Made by a program: the position numbers and the translations under genes. A DNA stretch of 64,000 bases from Octopus sinensis. Its lineage: Eukaryota. Numbering within the stretch: the stretch's first letter is position 1; every line of letters starts with the position of its first letter. Positions 1 to 13,545 of the stretch are shown here, piece by piece. The notes below the pieces were generated by a model, which saw nothing but the letters and a program-made list of their open reading frames with translations, did no database searches and was not told the origin of the DNA. The DNA lies in the NCBI RefSeq assembly GCF_006345805.1, contig NC_043013.1, positions 53,072,001 to 53,136,000 on the forward strand, in the 5' to 3' direction.

Positions 1-237
1 AATCGGACCATGTTAACACCAACAATTATTTACATCAAAAAGGTACGTTTTTTCTATGAAAATCCTTATTTGTTACTATTTTTTGACTGCTGTGTTGCCA
101 TTTTCCGGTGTATTTCAACCAGAAAAATGTTCACTTAAAGAGAATAACATGCTACATAATGCAAAACTTTTACTTTTCAAAAATTCTAATTCTAAAGGGT
201 CGAAACAAACCCGAGAAACGCCGGGCGATACTGCTAG
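1..237 (+). mobile_element. 3' end of a non-autonomous Helitron-like element
   Basis: Short GC stem-loop CCCG-agaaacgc-CGGG (210-225), then CTAG at 234-237 followed by T: the canonical Helitron 3' terminus. The 5' end is not identified in the window. Confidence 0.55.
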
Positions 238-998
238 TTCAAAAATAATTTTAAACCATCCTTATTTTATATGTGTCCTTTGATGATATTTCCAAGAATT
301 TCTTCTTCACAGAAACTTGACTCTCAAAAGTTGTGCCTGGTTGTTTTTATTAGACGGCATATGCTACCATACTGATTCTGTTATTCAAACAGAAGCATAC
401 AAACTTCAGCCGAATTCTATGAATAGTACGTGATAAGCTGTCGTGATCTGTTCCTTGATGTCTTTGGAAAATGGAGGTGCATACCCGCGTTGATTTTTCC
501 CTTTTAATTTTCCGAGTCGATGCAATAAAGCACCTGGCAAATTACTGGACATTATCTAATCAACTACAGCGGCGTCTTGAGCAATTAAGTAGTTGCTGAA
601 CCGTAGAGACAACTTTGTAACATACAGCTGTAATTAGATGCAGTTTTACAGTTGCGGAACTAATTTTACGTAGGGCTGATCACAGGCGATTTCTTCCAGA
701 AAGACAAACGTACAAACAGATAGACAGACAGAAGTAGAAGAATGGATGGCATGAAAGTGTTAGTATTGTATTTATTGAACCGGAAAGTGTGAAAGATAAA
801 GCTGACAACGGCGGGATTCGGGGCTTGAAAATGTGAACGGCACATTTACTGTTTAACATTCTATGTGACTCCCTAACGACTCTCTTCAATTTGTCATTGA
901 ACAAAATCTTCTTAATTGTCCTAGAAGTGACATATATGTGGGTCTATTAGTACTCAATGTGAAAACAAGAGAAGTGTATATATAGATGTTTTCGATCT

Positions 999-1501
999 AA
1001 TTTGGATTTTTACCATCAAATTTGAATTTTTTGCAATCAAATTTGAATTTCTCAAAGGGACTTTGTAGGACAAGCTAAAACGCAGAAAACGGTCCTCTTG
1101 ATTCTATAATTCCAGGCCGGCACGTGTATTTTATACACATATGTACTTGGGAAATCAGACAATCGAATTCATTTAGCCACTTTGGGCTTTACAGGGTTGA
1201 TTTCTATTGCCGGATGACAACCATTGCATGCCATGAAGTGTTGCAAACGGTAGGAAGTAGAAGTCTTCATCGTCGAAAGAATATTCGATGACCACAAATC
1301 GATTCGAAGCTAGTTTCTCGAAATTGGTGCTCAAGCCTTGAAAAAAAGAGTTAAACTACATCAGCCGTAAGGGAATACATGTCTATCTTATCTAACTCGT
1401 CCAGTATAGCCCACTGTTGCTCGAACTTCGCTCTAAGTTCATTTGAAAAATACAAATTTGAGTGCAAAGAATTCAAATTTGATTGCAAAGAATCCAAACT
1501 A
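999..1501. mobile_element. ~500 bp MITE/foldback-like element with ~55-60 bp terminal inverted repeats
   Basis: 1001-1058 and 1441-1498 are imperfect reverse complements, each built from 21-bp units containing CAAATTTG. No coding capacity found inside. Confidence 0.6.
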
Positions 1502-1912
1502 CAAATACGTGGCACAGATATAATCATTCTCCTGTAGTAATATCAATAACTTAGACCAACTATATTATATATTCAGTGATATCACACGTTCGTGTAATAA
1601 AACCAGTTACACGAAAAAGTGAGTTTAGTCGCACTTGTCACTAAGAGTTTTGGTTAACTAAATTACCTTTACTGAAAGTAATTACTGCGCCTAGACTTGA
1701 GGGAAATAAGTTACAAGACAAATGAAACTCCAAAGGAGAGTTTGGATGGATTGGCAAGGGAAGGATTAAGATCATCCATTAATAGGAAATGCCATATTTG
1801 AGAAAACAGTGCGAAATGTTATGTTAAAGGACAAACCAATTAAATATATACGCTATTAAGCTGTAAACATTTTCCAAAATGATCTCCTCATACTTCTATA
1901 CATGCACAGATG

Positions 1913-1955
<43 letters not shown>

Positions 1956-2194
1956 ATGTGTGTGTGTGTATGTGTTTGTCTGTGGTGTGGACGTATATAT
2001 GCATATTGCGATATGTTTGTGAATGTGTGTGAGTGCTTCAGTGTAAACTCGATTTAACTATATAACTATAATCTTGCAGTCGCATCTGGCCAAAGATTAT
2101 CTGTGCAGTTTAAGAGAATTCAACATCCAATTATATCATTTTTTAGTTTGTTTTACAACCATATGTGTGTGCGTACGTGCGTGTGTGTGTGTGT

Positions 2195-2479
2195 GTGTGA
2201 ATTCTTTTATTGTTTTATTTGTTTCAGTCATTTTATTGTGGCCATGCTGGAGTGCCGCCTTTAGTTGAGAAAATCGACCCGAGTACTTATTTTCTGTAAG
2301 CCTAGTACTTATTCTATCGGTCTCTTTTGCCGAACCGCAAAATCTAGCGGTTCGGCAAAAGCCGGTTCGGAGACCTAAACACACCAGCATCGGTTGTCAA
2401 ACCATGTTGGGGTCAAACACACACACACACACACACACACAGACACAAACATACACATATACATACATACATATGTATG

Positions 2480-2510
<31 letters not shown>

Positions 2511-2672
2511 ATTTATATATATATACACAACATATTTCTTTCAGTTTCTGTCTATCAGACCCACTCACAAGTCTTTGGTCAGCCCGAGGCTATAGCAGAA
2601 GACACTTGCCGAATGTACCACGAAGTGAGACTGAACCCGGAACTATCTGGATGGTAAGCAAGTGCTACTTCT
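2195..2672 (-). mobile_element. Bipartite tRNA-derived SINE (called family B here) with central (TA)n/(CA)n tract
   Basis: Head (...ACTGAACCCGGAAC...AAGCAAGTGCTACT on +) and tail (GGCCATGCTGGAG...CTATCGGTCTCTTTTGCCGAACCG) separated by a microsatellite. The same family recurs many times in the window. Resembles described octopus tRNA-derived SINEs (OK/OR1/OR2 group); exact family not assigned. Confidence 0.8.
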
Positions 2673-3462
2673 TCACTCACCAAAGTGTAGTTTGTGCCAG
2701 GAAGAACTGGTGTCATCAAAAGGTAACTAACAATCATCTGGCGTTTCGAATCTGGTCCGTAATAGCCTCCCGTTCCTGGGAAAACAGAGGTGGTCAAATC
2801 ACCGCTCATCAGCTCTTCCTGAGCTCCAGCTTAACTACTCTCTCTGGCTCCATAACCTAAATTATATAAACATATAAGTGTGGGCGTGTTCTTGGATGTA
2901 TATGCACGAAAATATGTATGTATTCATATACATATTTATATATATAAATACACGCACACACACATATATATACAGAGAGGGTGTGGTGAAAGACAAAGAG
3001 GGAGTTAGAGGAGAGAAAGAGAATTAAAATAAGCGAATTAAAATTAAATATACATTGGTGATGGTTTTACAAGTTTTCCAAAATAATTTTGTCCATGCAT
3101 GGGTGGGAGAAGAAGAGGAATTACATATGCGCATATGAGTGTATTAGAGAAAAGAGAGGGGAAGTAAAGAATTGGATTGGAAAGCATTATCGCACTTAAA
3201 AATTCCGCCCGGATATGTTATTTAAAATATATAAACAAAGCATCATTGTTTCCCAATCCTATGAAAGATCCCACGTGTGCAAAAACAAATCCGGCTGATT
3301 TGTAATTAAGCCTTCCTGTCTTGTACAACCATTAGCGCCTGCATCCCACAGACCTATTGCTTAGTGAATATACTGGGTGCCATGTGTAAATTGTTGCCAT
3401 TTTATATTTTTAATTTTGGGCATGTGCATTGTTTATTTTTGATTTTGTTGACTACACAGTAT

Positions 3463-4208
3463 AGTAGAGTCAGTTGGGCACCGTCTTTGAGAAAAACAGC
3501 ACCATGATGCAATTCACTCTACCAGAAACCTGGATAAAACATGCTGTACTGCTTGGCATTTGCACCAGCAGCTCCAATATGAACATTTCAGAGGGTTTGG
3601 ATGTCAATCTGAGGAGATGTACCAGGAGTGATAAAAATCAAACATCCAGCCATCATCATGGTATTTGGAGTGACAACAGGTGATGAGGAAGTTATGCCTC
3701 CACTTATCTTCAATCGTAGCCTCACAATCAAAACAGAGGCCTACATCAAGTGCCTGCAGGAGGTAGTGTTACACTGCACCAAGGGAATGGCTGGCAACAG
3801 GACTCTGCATCTTGCCACACAAGCAAGAGAATCTAGTCATGGTTTTCAGAAATTTCTGCGACCACATCACCCTTAGCAGCTGGCCACATAACTCGCCAGA
3901 CTGCATCTCCCTTAATTATGTGCGGGGCACATTTGAGCAAGAGATCAACAAAACTGCTTGTAACACCAAAAAGGAACTGAAGGCAGCATTATTATTATGG
4001 CAGCATTCACCAACTTAAACAAGGAATCCATCCAGAGGAGTTCTGGAGCCCGTGGTTGAAGACAATGGCGATTTTATTGAATAAATCAACTCTTTCGTAT
4101 ATCAAGATATTTTTATGCAGTTTTGGTAAATATATCTGTTAAAATGAGATATCAGAGTTATTTTCATGTTTGCGTAATTTAGGGGACAGTTTTTCGCCGC
4201 ACTCTGTG
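3463..4208 (+). mobile_element. Degraded Tc1/mariner-superfamily transposon (maT/DD37D-like) with 3' TIR
   Basis: Frameshifted peptides KHPAIIMVFGV...VMPPLIF...EAYIKCLQEVVL and FCDHITLSSWPHNSPDC...NKTACNTKKELKA match the DDD catalytic region (WPxxSPD motif). TIR-like end AATTTAGGGGACAGTTTTTCGCCGCAC at ~4176-4203. 5' TIR not found. Confidence 0.75.
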
Positions 4209-5026
4209 TATCAATGTATCCCCGAGTCGGAGGCCTCAAACTAACATGAAATGGTTAATGATATAGTTTAGAGTATACTAGTCTGGTTTCTTGGTATTAT
4301 ACTGCTGCAGTATATTTCTCTCAATGAGTGTCAATGTTTGTGCTGATGACTACAAGGGTTGGGCTGGGGGGTGAGGCTAATGAAATGGATGGGCAGAGGA
4401 TGTGACTGCTGTTATCTTCTCTCTTCTAACCTTCCCATTCGTTGACATAAATCTCTTTTGGACATTTATGAGGACTCAATCAGCAACGCTTATCCTACAC
4501 GTATACATACGATCAGTTTATGAAAGAGGCCCCATATGGAATATTTATTAAGCAATTATATGCGTGTGTAAATATACATATACACATACCTATATGCATA
4601 CATACATATATATCTATTTGCACACACATATACATACATACAAAATATATATATACCAGCGGGAGAACAACTAAATACATAGAGAAATGAGTGTGTATAC
4701 ATATATATGCATAAACACACACACACACACACATATATATGTATATATACATATATTTTTATGTATATTTATAATATTTACATATATGGTCGTGTATGTG
4801 TATGTTTATGCATGTATGTATAATTCTTTTACAAGAAGAGCAATGATTGTGACTTCGAAGTTTCAACCTGGAACCTTTCTTCAGGCCGAGAAGGCTAGTA
4901 GAGCGAAACTTCGAAATCTCTGTCACACATCTTTTCAGACATTAGAAAAAATCTAATACAAAGTATCGAATAATTTTACAGTTCAATGTTAAATTATTTT
5001 ATGAATACCTTGACATAAAACTAAAC

Positions 5027-5091
<65 letters not shown>

Positions 5092-7187
5092 CCATATATA
5101 CACACGCACATATACATACATAAATGCACACACATACATATATATTTATACATACGTACGTATGTATGTATAATGTATACAATCTCGGTGTGTAAAAATG
5201 TCACAAAACCGGAAAATAGGCTACTCTCAAAGCAAAATGTCGCGGAAAAGAAACACTTCTTTATGGTATTTCAAAAAATCGGAGGAATAAAACTCAACAC
5301 AAAACGAGGTATATTTCGTTATTTGGTTGTAATGATTACATGAGTGACTCGTGCGCTGAAAGTTTCGTGCAGCGAACTTGTCAAACTTATAAATTTGAGA
5401 GAACTTATGCGGCTTTGAGCGACGTATGTTACGGGAGCTACTTTTACAATCGTTCTTGGCTTTCGATTCCACTTTGGGGAACGTGAACTTCAGGCGTGGG
5501 TGGGCCAATAACTTGTGACATTAGGGTGACAGAATACGCGCACTATTTTAGCACACATAACACACTTATACCCTGAGTGTGCAGGGATGTAAGTGCCTAT
5601 ACATGTATATACATATGTATATGTATATATACGTTTATGTTTATATGTATATGTATGTCAATATTTACAGATTTATTTACACACACTCACACACAACACG
5701 CATATGTACACATATATAATTATATATATATATCTGTGAGTATGTTTGTACATATCCATCAACACAACTATACACACTCACACACGCACCCCCACCGCGC
5801 CCCCTCATATACAGCTTTCTTTATCTTACTGCTTGAGTGTATATTTCAGATTATAAACACTGTTTTTTTTAACGCTGTCTATATATACGCCATATGTATA
5901 TTTACACGTGACTATGCGTCCTTCTCTGTAGCTGTTTATATTTGTACGTCTAAATATATGGAGATGTATAATACTTTTTTTCTTTCGCTTGTGGCTTGTT
6001 TCAGAGTCTCTCTTTTTCTGGTTCACTCTCTGCTTTCTCTCTCTCTCTCTTATTTTCCGTTTTATAGTCTTGCTTCGTCATTTTTTTTTGTATGATTTTT
6101 TATGGCCGCTTTCTCTTTTGTGTGTTTATTTCTTTGTTATTTGTCTGTTTGCAAGTCTATAGTTCAATCTTTCTGCAGTTTTGAAGCATCTTTTTCCTCA
6201 AACCTACGCAACGTTCGCTCGAGAACAAAAGCAGGTTTCTTCCCGGAAGTTATCTTCTTTCTGCACTCATTTATCACAACTTTCACAGTGTACATCTACA
6301 CACAACACACACACGCGCGCGCGCGCACACACACACACACACACTCACACACAAACTTCCACAGAAATATATGTATGTATGTACATATACATATATGTTC
6401 GTATGTATTTGTGAATGGTATAATATTTCTGTCAAACACTTCTTGTCTCCCATAAATCGTTTTTTTCTTTCCACAAAATATTTTGCTTCAACCAATCCAA
6501 AAAATAATAAAGACTAGCGGAGATTTTTACTTTTTTAGTAATTTTAATTATTTAAAAAAAAATTATTCTACATTACAGAAATCACATCCGTTTCGTAGAT
6601 ACCAACATCACTTTGTAATGCTGTGCGTGAGTGTGTGTTGTATGTGTGTGTGTATGTGCATATGTGTGTATGTATATGTGTTTATGTCCATATGTGTCTA
6701 TGTATATGTGTGTATGTGCATATGTGTGTATGTATATATTTGTCTGTATCTTTTTGGTTGTGTTTTATTTGGCTTAACGTCATATTATTTGCTATTTCGT
6801 AGTTGTTGTGCTGTTGTTGTTGTTGTTGTTGTTTCTGTTGTTGTTGTTGTTCATCAATTGAAATTGTTTTAACTTTATCTTTGCAACTGTGAGTTGTTCG
6901 TTGCTTGCATAAACGAGAGTGAGGGAAGGAAGGAGAGAGAGAGAAAGAAAGAGAGAGAAAAAATAAGAGAGGGAGAAAGAGACAGAGAGAGAGAGAGAGC
7001 GAATGTGTACCTGCGTGCATGTGAGCGTGTGCGTGCTTGAGTGTGGTGTGTGTGAATTTTGGCTCCATGTCTGTGGTACTTTCCGTACGTTTATTACTAT
7101 CAAATTAATCGTCTTTTTTAGGTTTGAAATTCAGTATTAAATGTTTCCTGTACGTGTAAACACACATATACAAACACAGATATACAT

Positions 7188-7262
<75 letters not shown>

Positions 7263-7305
7263 ATGTGTGTGTGTATGTGTGTGTGTGTGGTGTGTGTGTG
7301 TGTGT

Positions 7306-7342
<37 letters not shown>

Positions 7343-7768
7343 GGACAGATGGATGGATATTTTACTTAATGCTAAACAAAACATTTCTTTGTAATTGAAA
7401 GGTGGCTATCTCACATCGTCGGGGCTGCAAGGTTAATTGTACTAAAAGAAAACATCCGTATTTGTTACAAAGGAAAGAAGACGGAGCCAACACATACACT
7501 CAAAGATACAGATTGGATTTAAGCACAAACAGAAACACGTGCGTGTATATATACATAAGGGATGGAAATAGAAAGCCAAGATTATACGTGCTTCAACGTA
7601 ATTCGTGTGTATATATGTGTGTGTGTATAAATAAGCATATATATATATATATGTATATACATAGACATATATATATATGTATATATATACATACATATAC
7701 ACATTTATATATATATAATATATATGTATATGTATATATAGTATATATGTGCATATATGTAAATACAT

Positions 7769-7816
<48 letters not shown>

Positions 7817-8369
7817 GAATGTATCTACATATATGCAGATACATACTGTTTCTAGAGGGTTATGCACAAATTACATACAGAGATAGATACGTTAATATAT
7901 ACACATACGCACGTGTCACATACACAATTATACACATAAAGACAGTCACTGTGGATTTGTAACATATATGTCGAATTTGCGACCCTTTAAATTATGTGAA
8001 CCTGTATATGGACACCAAAATTCACGGATTATCTATCACAGTTTTCTATTTCAGTAGCAGGGTAATGCTTAATCGTGCAATTGCACACACACACACAGAG
8101 ACAAACACACACAAATACTCACATAAACACACAGACACATACAAACACACACACATATCAAATATGTTGGCTAATTGATGGTTAATTGACAAAATCTTGT
8201 ATAGTTTTTATACTTGATTTTAAAGATATATACGTACATATATATATATACATATGTATATATATATATATGTGTGTCTGTGTGTACATATATATATATA
8301 TATATGTATATATGTATATATGTATATACACAAACATATATATATACACGCATATAGATATATGTATAT

Positions 8370-8512
8370 ACGGAAATCTTTTATTTATTCTATCTTTTAC
8401 TTCAGTCACTAAACTGAGGCAGTCCTGGAGCGCCGGTCTTCTTTCAATTTCTGTCCACCAAATCCACTGACTATGTTTTGGTCGGGTCAGGCTAAGATAC
8501 TTGCCCACGGTG

Positions 8513-8515
<3 letters not shown>
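8370..8515 (-). mobile_element. SINE family B fragment (internally deleted)
   Basis: TTCAGTCA...CTGGAGCGCCG tail fused to CCACTGAC...TTTGGTCGG...CTTGCCCA head motifs. Confidence 0.6.
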
Positions 8516-8562
<47 letters not shown>

Positions 8563-9094
8563 AAACACACACACACACGCACACACACATACACACATAT
8601 ATATATCTATATATGTTTGAGTGTGTTTCAATGTAAATATATGTATATATATATATATGTATATATACACACACACACGCATGTTATATGTATCAATGAA
8701 CAGGTACACAAGAGAACATATGTAGGATGCTTCATTCAGGAAAGCTGGTGACGATTCCATACAGTCTTTATATGGTGTACGGCATAACATTTTGCAGTTT
8801 TCGTGATTCTAAAATATATTCAGAAACACAATGCGTTGAGTCTGAGACCTTCTCTAAATATAATTGTCTTTAATAGTCATTTCACGAATTATTTTAGACA
8901 TATATATATACATACATAGGTGTCATATTCATTCATGTTTTCAGGGTATCATTTTACATATCAAGACATATAAATAAACACTTGTTTCTAAGCCTGCTTT
9001 TTATATATGTAAATGTGTGTGTAAATACACACACACACGCACGCGCGTGCACACACACAGACAGACACACACACACACACACACACCACACACA

Positions 9095-9138
<44 letters not shown>

Positions 9139-9332
9139 TACGATTGTATGTTCGGATTTAATGGCTTTGCTATCTAATGTCCTTCCGTTCACATAAATCA
9201 AAGGCGTTGTGAACAACATATAAATCTTATGACACTCACTGTCCATCTCATCGAAGGTTCTTCATACACAAGAGAATGGCTTCAACACAGAGATACATAT
9301 CTAGTATCAATATAATACCACGTATTTATAAC

Positions 9333-9416
<84 letters not shown>

Positions 9417-9440
9417 TATATAAATATATACATAACATAC

Positions 9441-9477
<37 letters not shown>

Positions 9478-10443
9478 GGATATGTATATATATGTATATA
9501 TACACACACACACACATATATATATATATGCATCGAGGTATAAGTTATGGGTATGTGTGTGTTTGTTGTATGCACAAACGATTTCACACATTGAATAAGA
9601 TCTTGTTTTATGCACGCATGTCCTGAAATGCAGAGAACCTCACTCCCCAACTCTCCACACTCACACACCAATACACACAAAATATACATACATGCATATA
9701 TGTACATATATTCAATACATTTAAATACACGTATATATATATGTTTATACGTGTGTGTTTGCGTGCATGTATGTATATATATATACATACAGACACATGT
9801 AGGTAGACATAGTTTCATGCATAGCACACATTTACTCTGAAAGTATATGGAAGTACATACGTAAATGAAGTTTAGAGAGATAAAGAAAGAATTGAAAGAG
9901 GGTTAGGAAGTGTTCACTGATGGTGGACGGGAGGGAATCTAGGCTGTGTTCGGCAGCTCACCATCCGTAGCAGTACTCCACTTAGAAGCACGCCATCGTT
10001 AAACTTACATAATTTTTATTATTGTTGTTATTATTATTATTATTATCGTTATTTTTATTTTTATTATTATTAGTTTTTGCATTGTTTTTAGTTTTGTTAT
10101 AATTATTGTCGTTGTTATTATCACTATCATAATTATCAGATTTACAATTTAGATTTTAATTTAAATTATTATTTTTCATTTTCATTAATATCACTAAATA
10201 TCTTCTATACTTTTATATCATTAATATTAATATTATTTTTAACCATTTTTATGTTGATTAGTATTACAATTATGCTATTATTATTATTATTATTATTAAC
10301 GTACAGCTTCAGAATTCCTTATTTTCCCTAATTAATTAGTAGTATTATTTCTTCTTTATAATTGTTGCATTCAAAATTCTAGTTAACGATCAAACAGTTA
10401 TCTTTGTGGTTGTTGTTAATATAAATAATATTAATTCTATAAG

Positions 10444-10485
10444 ACCATTCTCGGGACGTATTCCAATGAATTCTACAAAACTAAG
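10444..10485 (+). CDS. Candidate 42-nt phase-0 micro-exon (TILGTYSNEFYKTK)
   Basis: Weak acceptor ttctataag| and strong donor AAG|gtaaga, with an open frame between them. No homology recognised. Confidence 0.25.
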
Positions 10486-10666
10486 GTAAGAATTTAAAAA
10501 AAGATATTTCTAAATTTATTTATTTATATACTTGAAAAGCATACTGACGCACACACACACACACACACACACACACGCATACAACACAGGGTCATAACTA
10601 TACTATACATATTATTCACAGTTGCACACGCAAACATAACCAATATACATATGCATGTATGGATAT

Positions 10667-10699
<33 letters not shown>

Positions 10700-10727
10700 G
10701 CGTGTGTGCATGGTGGTGGTATATGTA

Positions 10728-10778
<51 letters not shown>

Positions 10779-11071
10779 TTATGCATGTGTATGTATGTAT
10801 ATATGTATGTATCTATGTATGCATGTGTGAATATGTGTGTATGGATGTCTGTGAGAAAGATAGGGGGACAATGTGGCGAAGAAGAGAGAGAGAAAAAGAA
10901 ACGTTTTATGAGAGTATATACAATAAGAGCATATTATGTAATATATTTAGTTATTGGTTGGAAAATGTGTTTGTGATGTAAATTGAAGAATTTTCTATGG
11001 ATATCATCAACGAAAATTTCTCTCTCTAGATTTCACTGACACCTTAGCGTCTCACACGCATTATCTCTCCA

Positions 11072-11136
<65 letters not shown>

Positions 11137-11362
11137 TCCCTCTCTGTCACTCTCTATCAATCTATCTCTCTTCCTCGCTTTCTTTTTCTAACTTTTTCCA
11201 TATATATATATATATACACACACATTTATGTATATCTTTGCGTGCCTGTGTCTGTGCGTACTTGTTTGAATTTCTGTTGGAATGTGTTCTTGTGTTTCTG
11301 AGTCCAATCTATAATATTACGTGTTAATGGATTTTTCTAATTCTCTCACTTTTTTATACATG

Positions 11363-11419
<57 letters not shown>

Positions 11420-11786
11420 TATGTATGTATATATGGATATATATATGCGTGTGTGTGTAAGTATTTATGGATATATGCAAATTTATATATGCATGGATAT
11501 ATATGTATATTTGTATATATATATATATATATATATATATTTAAGCATATATTTGTGTGTATATGTGTGTACATGTGTGTGGCTGTGAATGTGTGTGTAT
11601 TCTTAAAATTTGTTTTATGAAAATTTCTTTACGATATTTTATTCTCTTTTCTAAATTCTATAATTTTTCTATAATTCAGCCCTTTCAGTATACATAAAGA
11701 AGGCTACACTATATGTATATATATATATATATATACATACATATTTTTATGTGTATACCCATATATATATGTATATATATGCACAT

Positions 11787-11818
<32 letters not shown>

Positions 11819-11915
11819 GCACACACACACGCATATATATATACATATATTTGTAAGTATATGTATATCCTTGTTTATGTTTTGTCTATTTCTATTCTAT
11901 GTAAATATATGTATT

Positions 11916-11970
<55 letters not shown>

Positions 11971-12753
11971 TTATTTATATATATATATATATTTGTGGCG
12001 TGTATGTATGTATGCATGCAGATTCTTTTTGCTTTTGTGCATATCGCCATACATTGTATAATCGCATTATATTCTAACTCTGGTTTCATTGTGTTTCTCT
12101 CACATTTATTAGAACTTGTAACTATATTTCTACAATAAAATAATACCAGTTATCCAACAAAGTCCTTGAAATCCTACTTCACTCTATCTCTCTCTCTCTC
12201 TCTCTCTAAATTAGCGATCTCCTTATCTCTACACAAAGATTTATTCTTCTAAATATCAACGATATATAATCATTACGAAAATGAACCTGCATGTTTGTCC
12301 TATAGAAGTCTTGGTTTCTAAACACCTTGATTCAGCTTATAAAAGTGAAGATTTGAAAGAGGCATCCATTCCTCAAATTCCCACCATTTTTTCATTTTGA
12401 CCAACTAAAAGTATCCGAAATTCTTGGCTGTCAAACTATAGGGTATGGTAAACTATACGAGGTATCCTTCATATATTGGTTTCGTTAAGTGATCAACTAA
12501 TGTAATTTCCTACCCGACCTATGGCTGAGATATCATAATAGTTACAGTTTGTTTAGCGATTTAATGAGGTGGACAAACGAGAGTAATAAAATAAATGTTG
12601 TGGGTCCGATAGTTTTCAAAGATAATAACTTTATAACCGTCCATGAAAGATCCATTCCAAATCATTAATCGATGCCATCAACAAAACTATTTCCTTCTAT
12701 GGAAATGTGGTCGAGATATCATAGTTCTTTTGACTATTAAGCTATATATATTA

Positions 12754-12803
<50 letters not shown>

Positions 12804-12856
12804 ATAGATAGATGGATAGATAGATACATACATACATACATACATACATACATACA

Positions 12857-12892
<36 letters not shown>

Positions 12893-13334
12893 TCCATATA
12901 CATACATAAATATATACATAGATAGAGAGAGAGAGAAAGCGAGGGAGGGAGGGAGAGTTAAATAGATATAGATAAGACGATAAACTGTTAGTATTTATTT
13001 CACAGTATTCGAGAGGATTTGTGCCTAAAACAATGTCCCATATTTGTGGATGTTCTAACCAATCCTTAGGGCCCACGTCTAACAGCCCGTAGTGATGACA
13101 TTCTTAAGGTGAACATAGTGGTTTTCAATGGTCATAGAGGCATCTCTTTCTGTGATTTATCAGAACCTTTCACAAATTAGACATGAAACCAATATTTGCT
13201 TGAGACATTGAGTTGCCTACAGTTTCCAGTGACAGACTAGCGTACCACGACTGTTAAAGAGATGTGCAGAGAATATATTGAAATAATATTCAATGAATAT
13301 GAATTGAAATTTTAAATTTAATTTATTGGCTTCA

Positions 13335-13545
13335 AATTTTGGTACAAAGCCAGCCATTTTAGGGGATGGGAAAAATCGATTGCATCGATCCGAATGTTCA
13401 GAAGGTAATTATTTTATCGACCCGAAAGGATGACAGGTAACGTCGGCCTCGGCGAAATTTGAGCTCTGATCATAAAGACGGATGAGATACCACTAGATAT
13501 TTTGCTCGGTGGCTAAACGATTCCGCGTGCACGCCATCTTAATTT
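13335..13545 (-). mobile_element. tRNA-derived SINE (called family A here), diverged
   Basis: CGACCCGAAAGGATGA...GTCGGCCTCGGCGAAATTTGAGCTC matches the family A core seen at 27485-27718. Confidence 0.7.

Noticed and set aside
300-620. Tc1/mariner transposase C-terminal relic on the minus strand
   Set aside because: Only a faint resemblance (YAPP...KEQITTA) with many stops; cannot be supported by eye.
2730-2812. CTGATGA ... GAAACG on the minus strand as a hammerhead
   Set aside because: No stem I complement and no coherent stem II. The same stretch has a good acceptor (EREAITDQIRNAR*), but there is no further support for an exon.
9919-9965. Small two-stem structure (GATGGTG/CACCATC, GCTG/CAGC)
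   Set aside because: It matches no RNA family I can name and has no second copy in the window.
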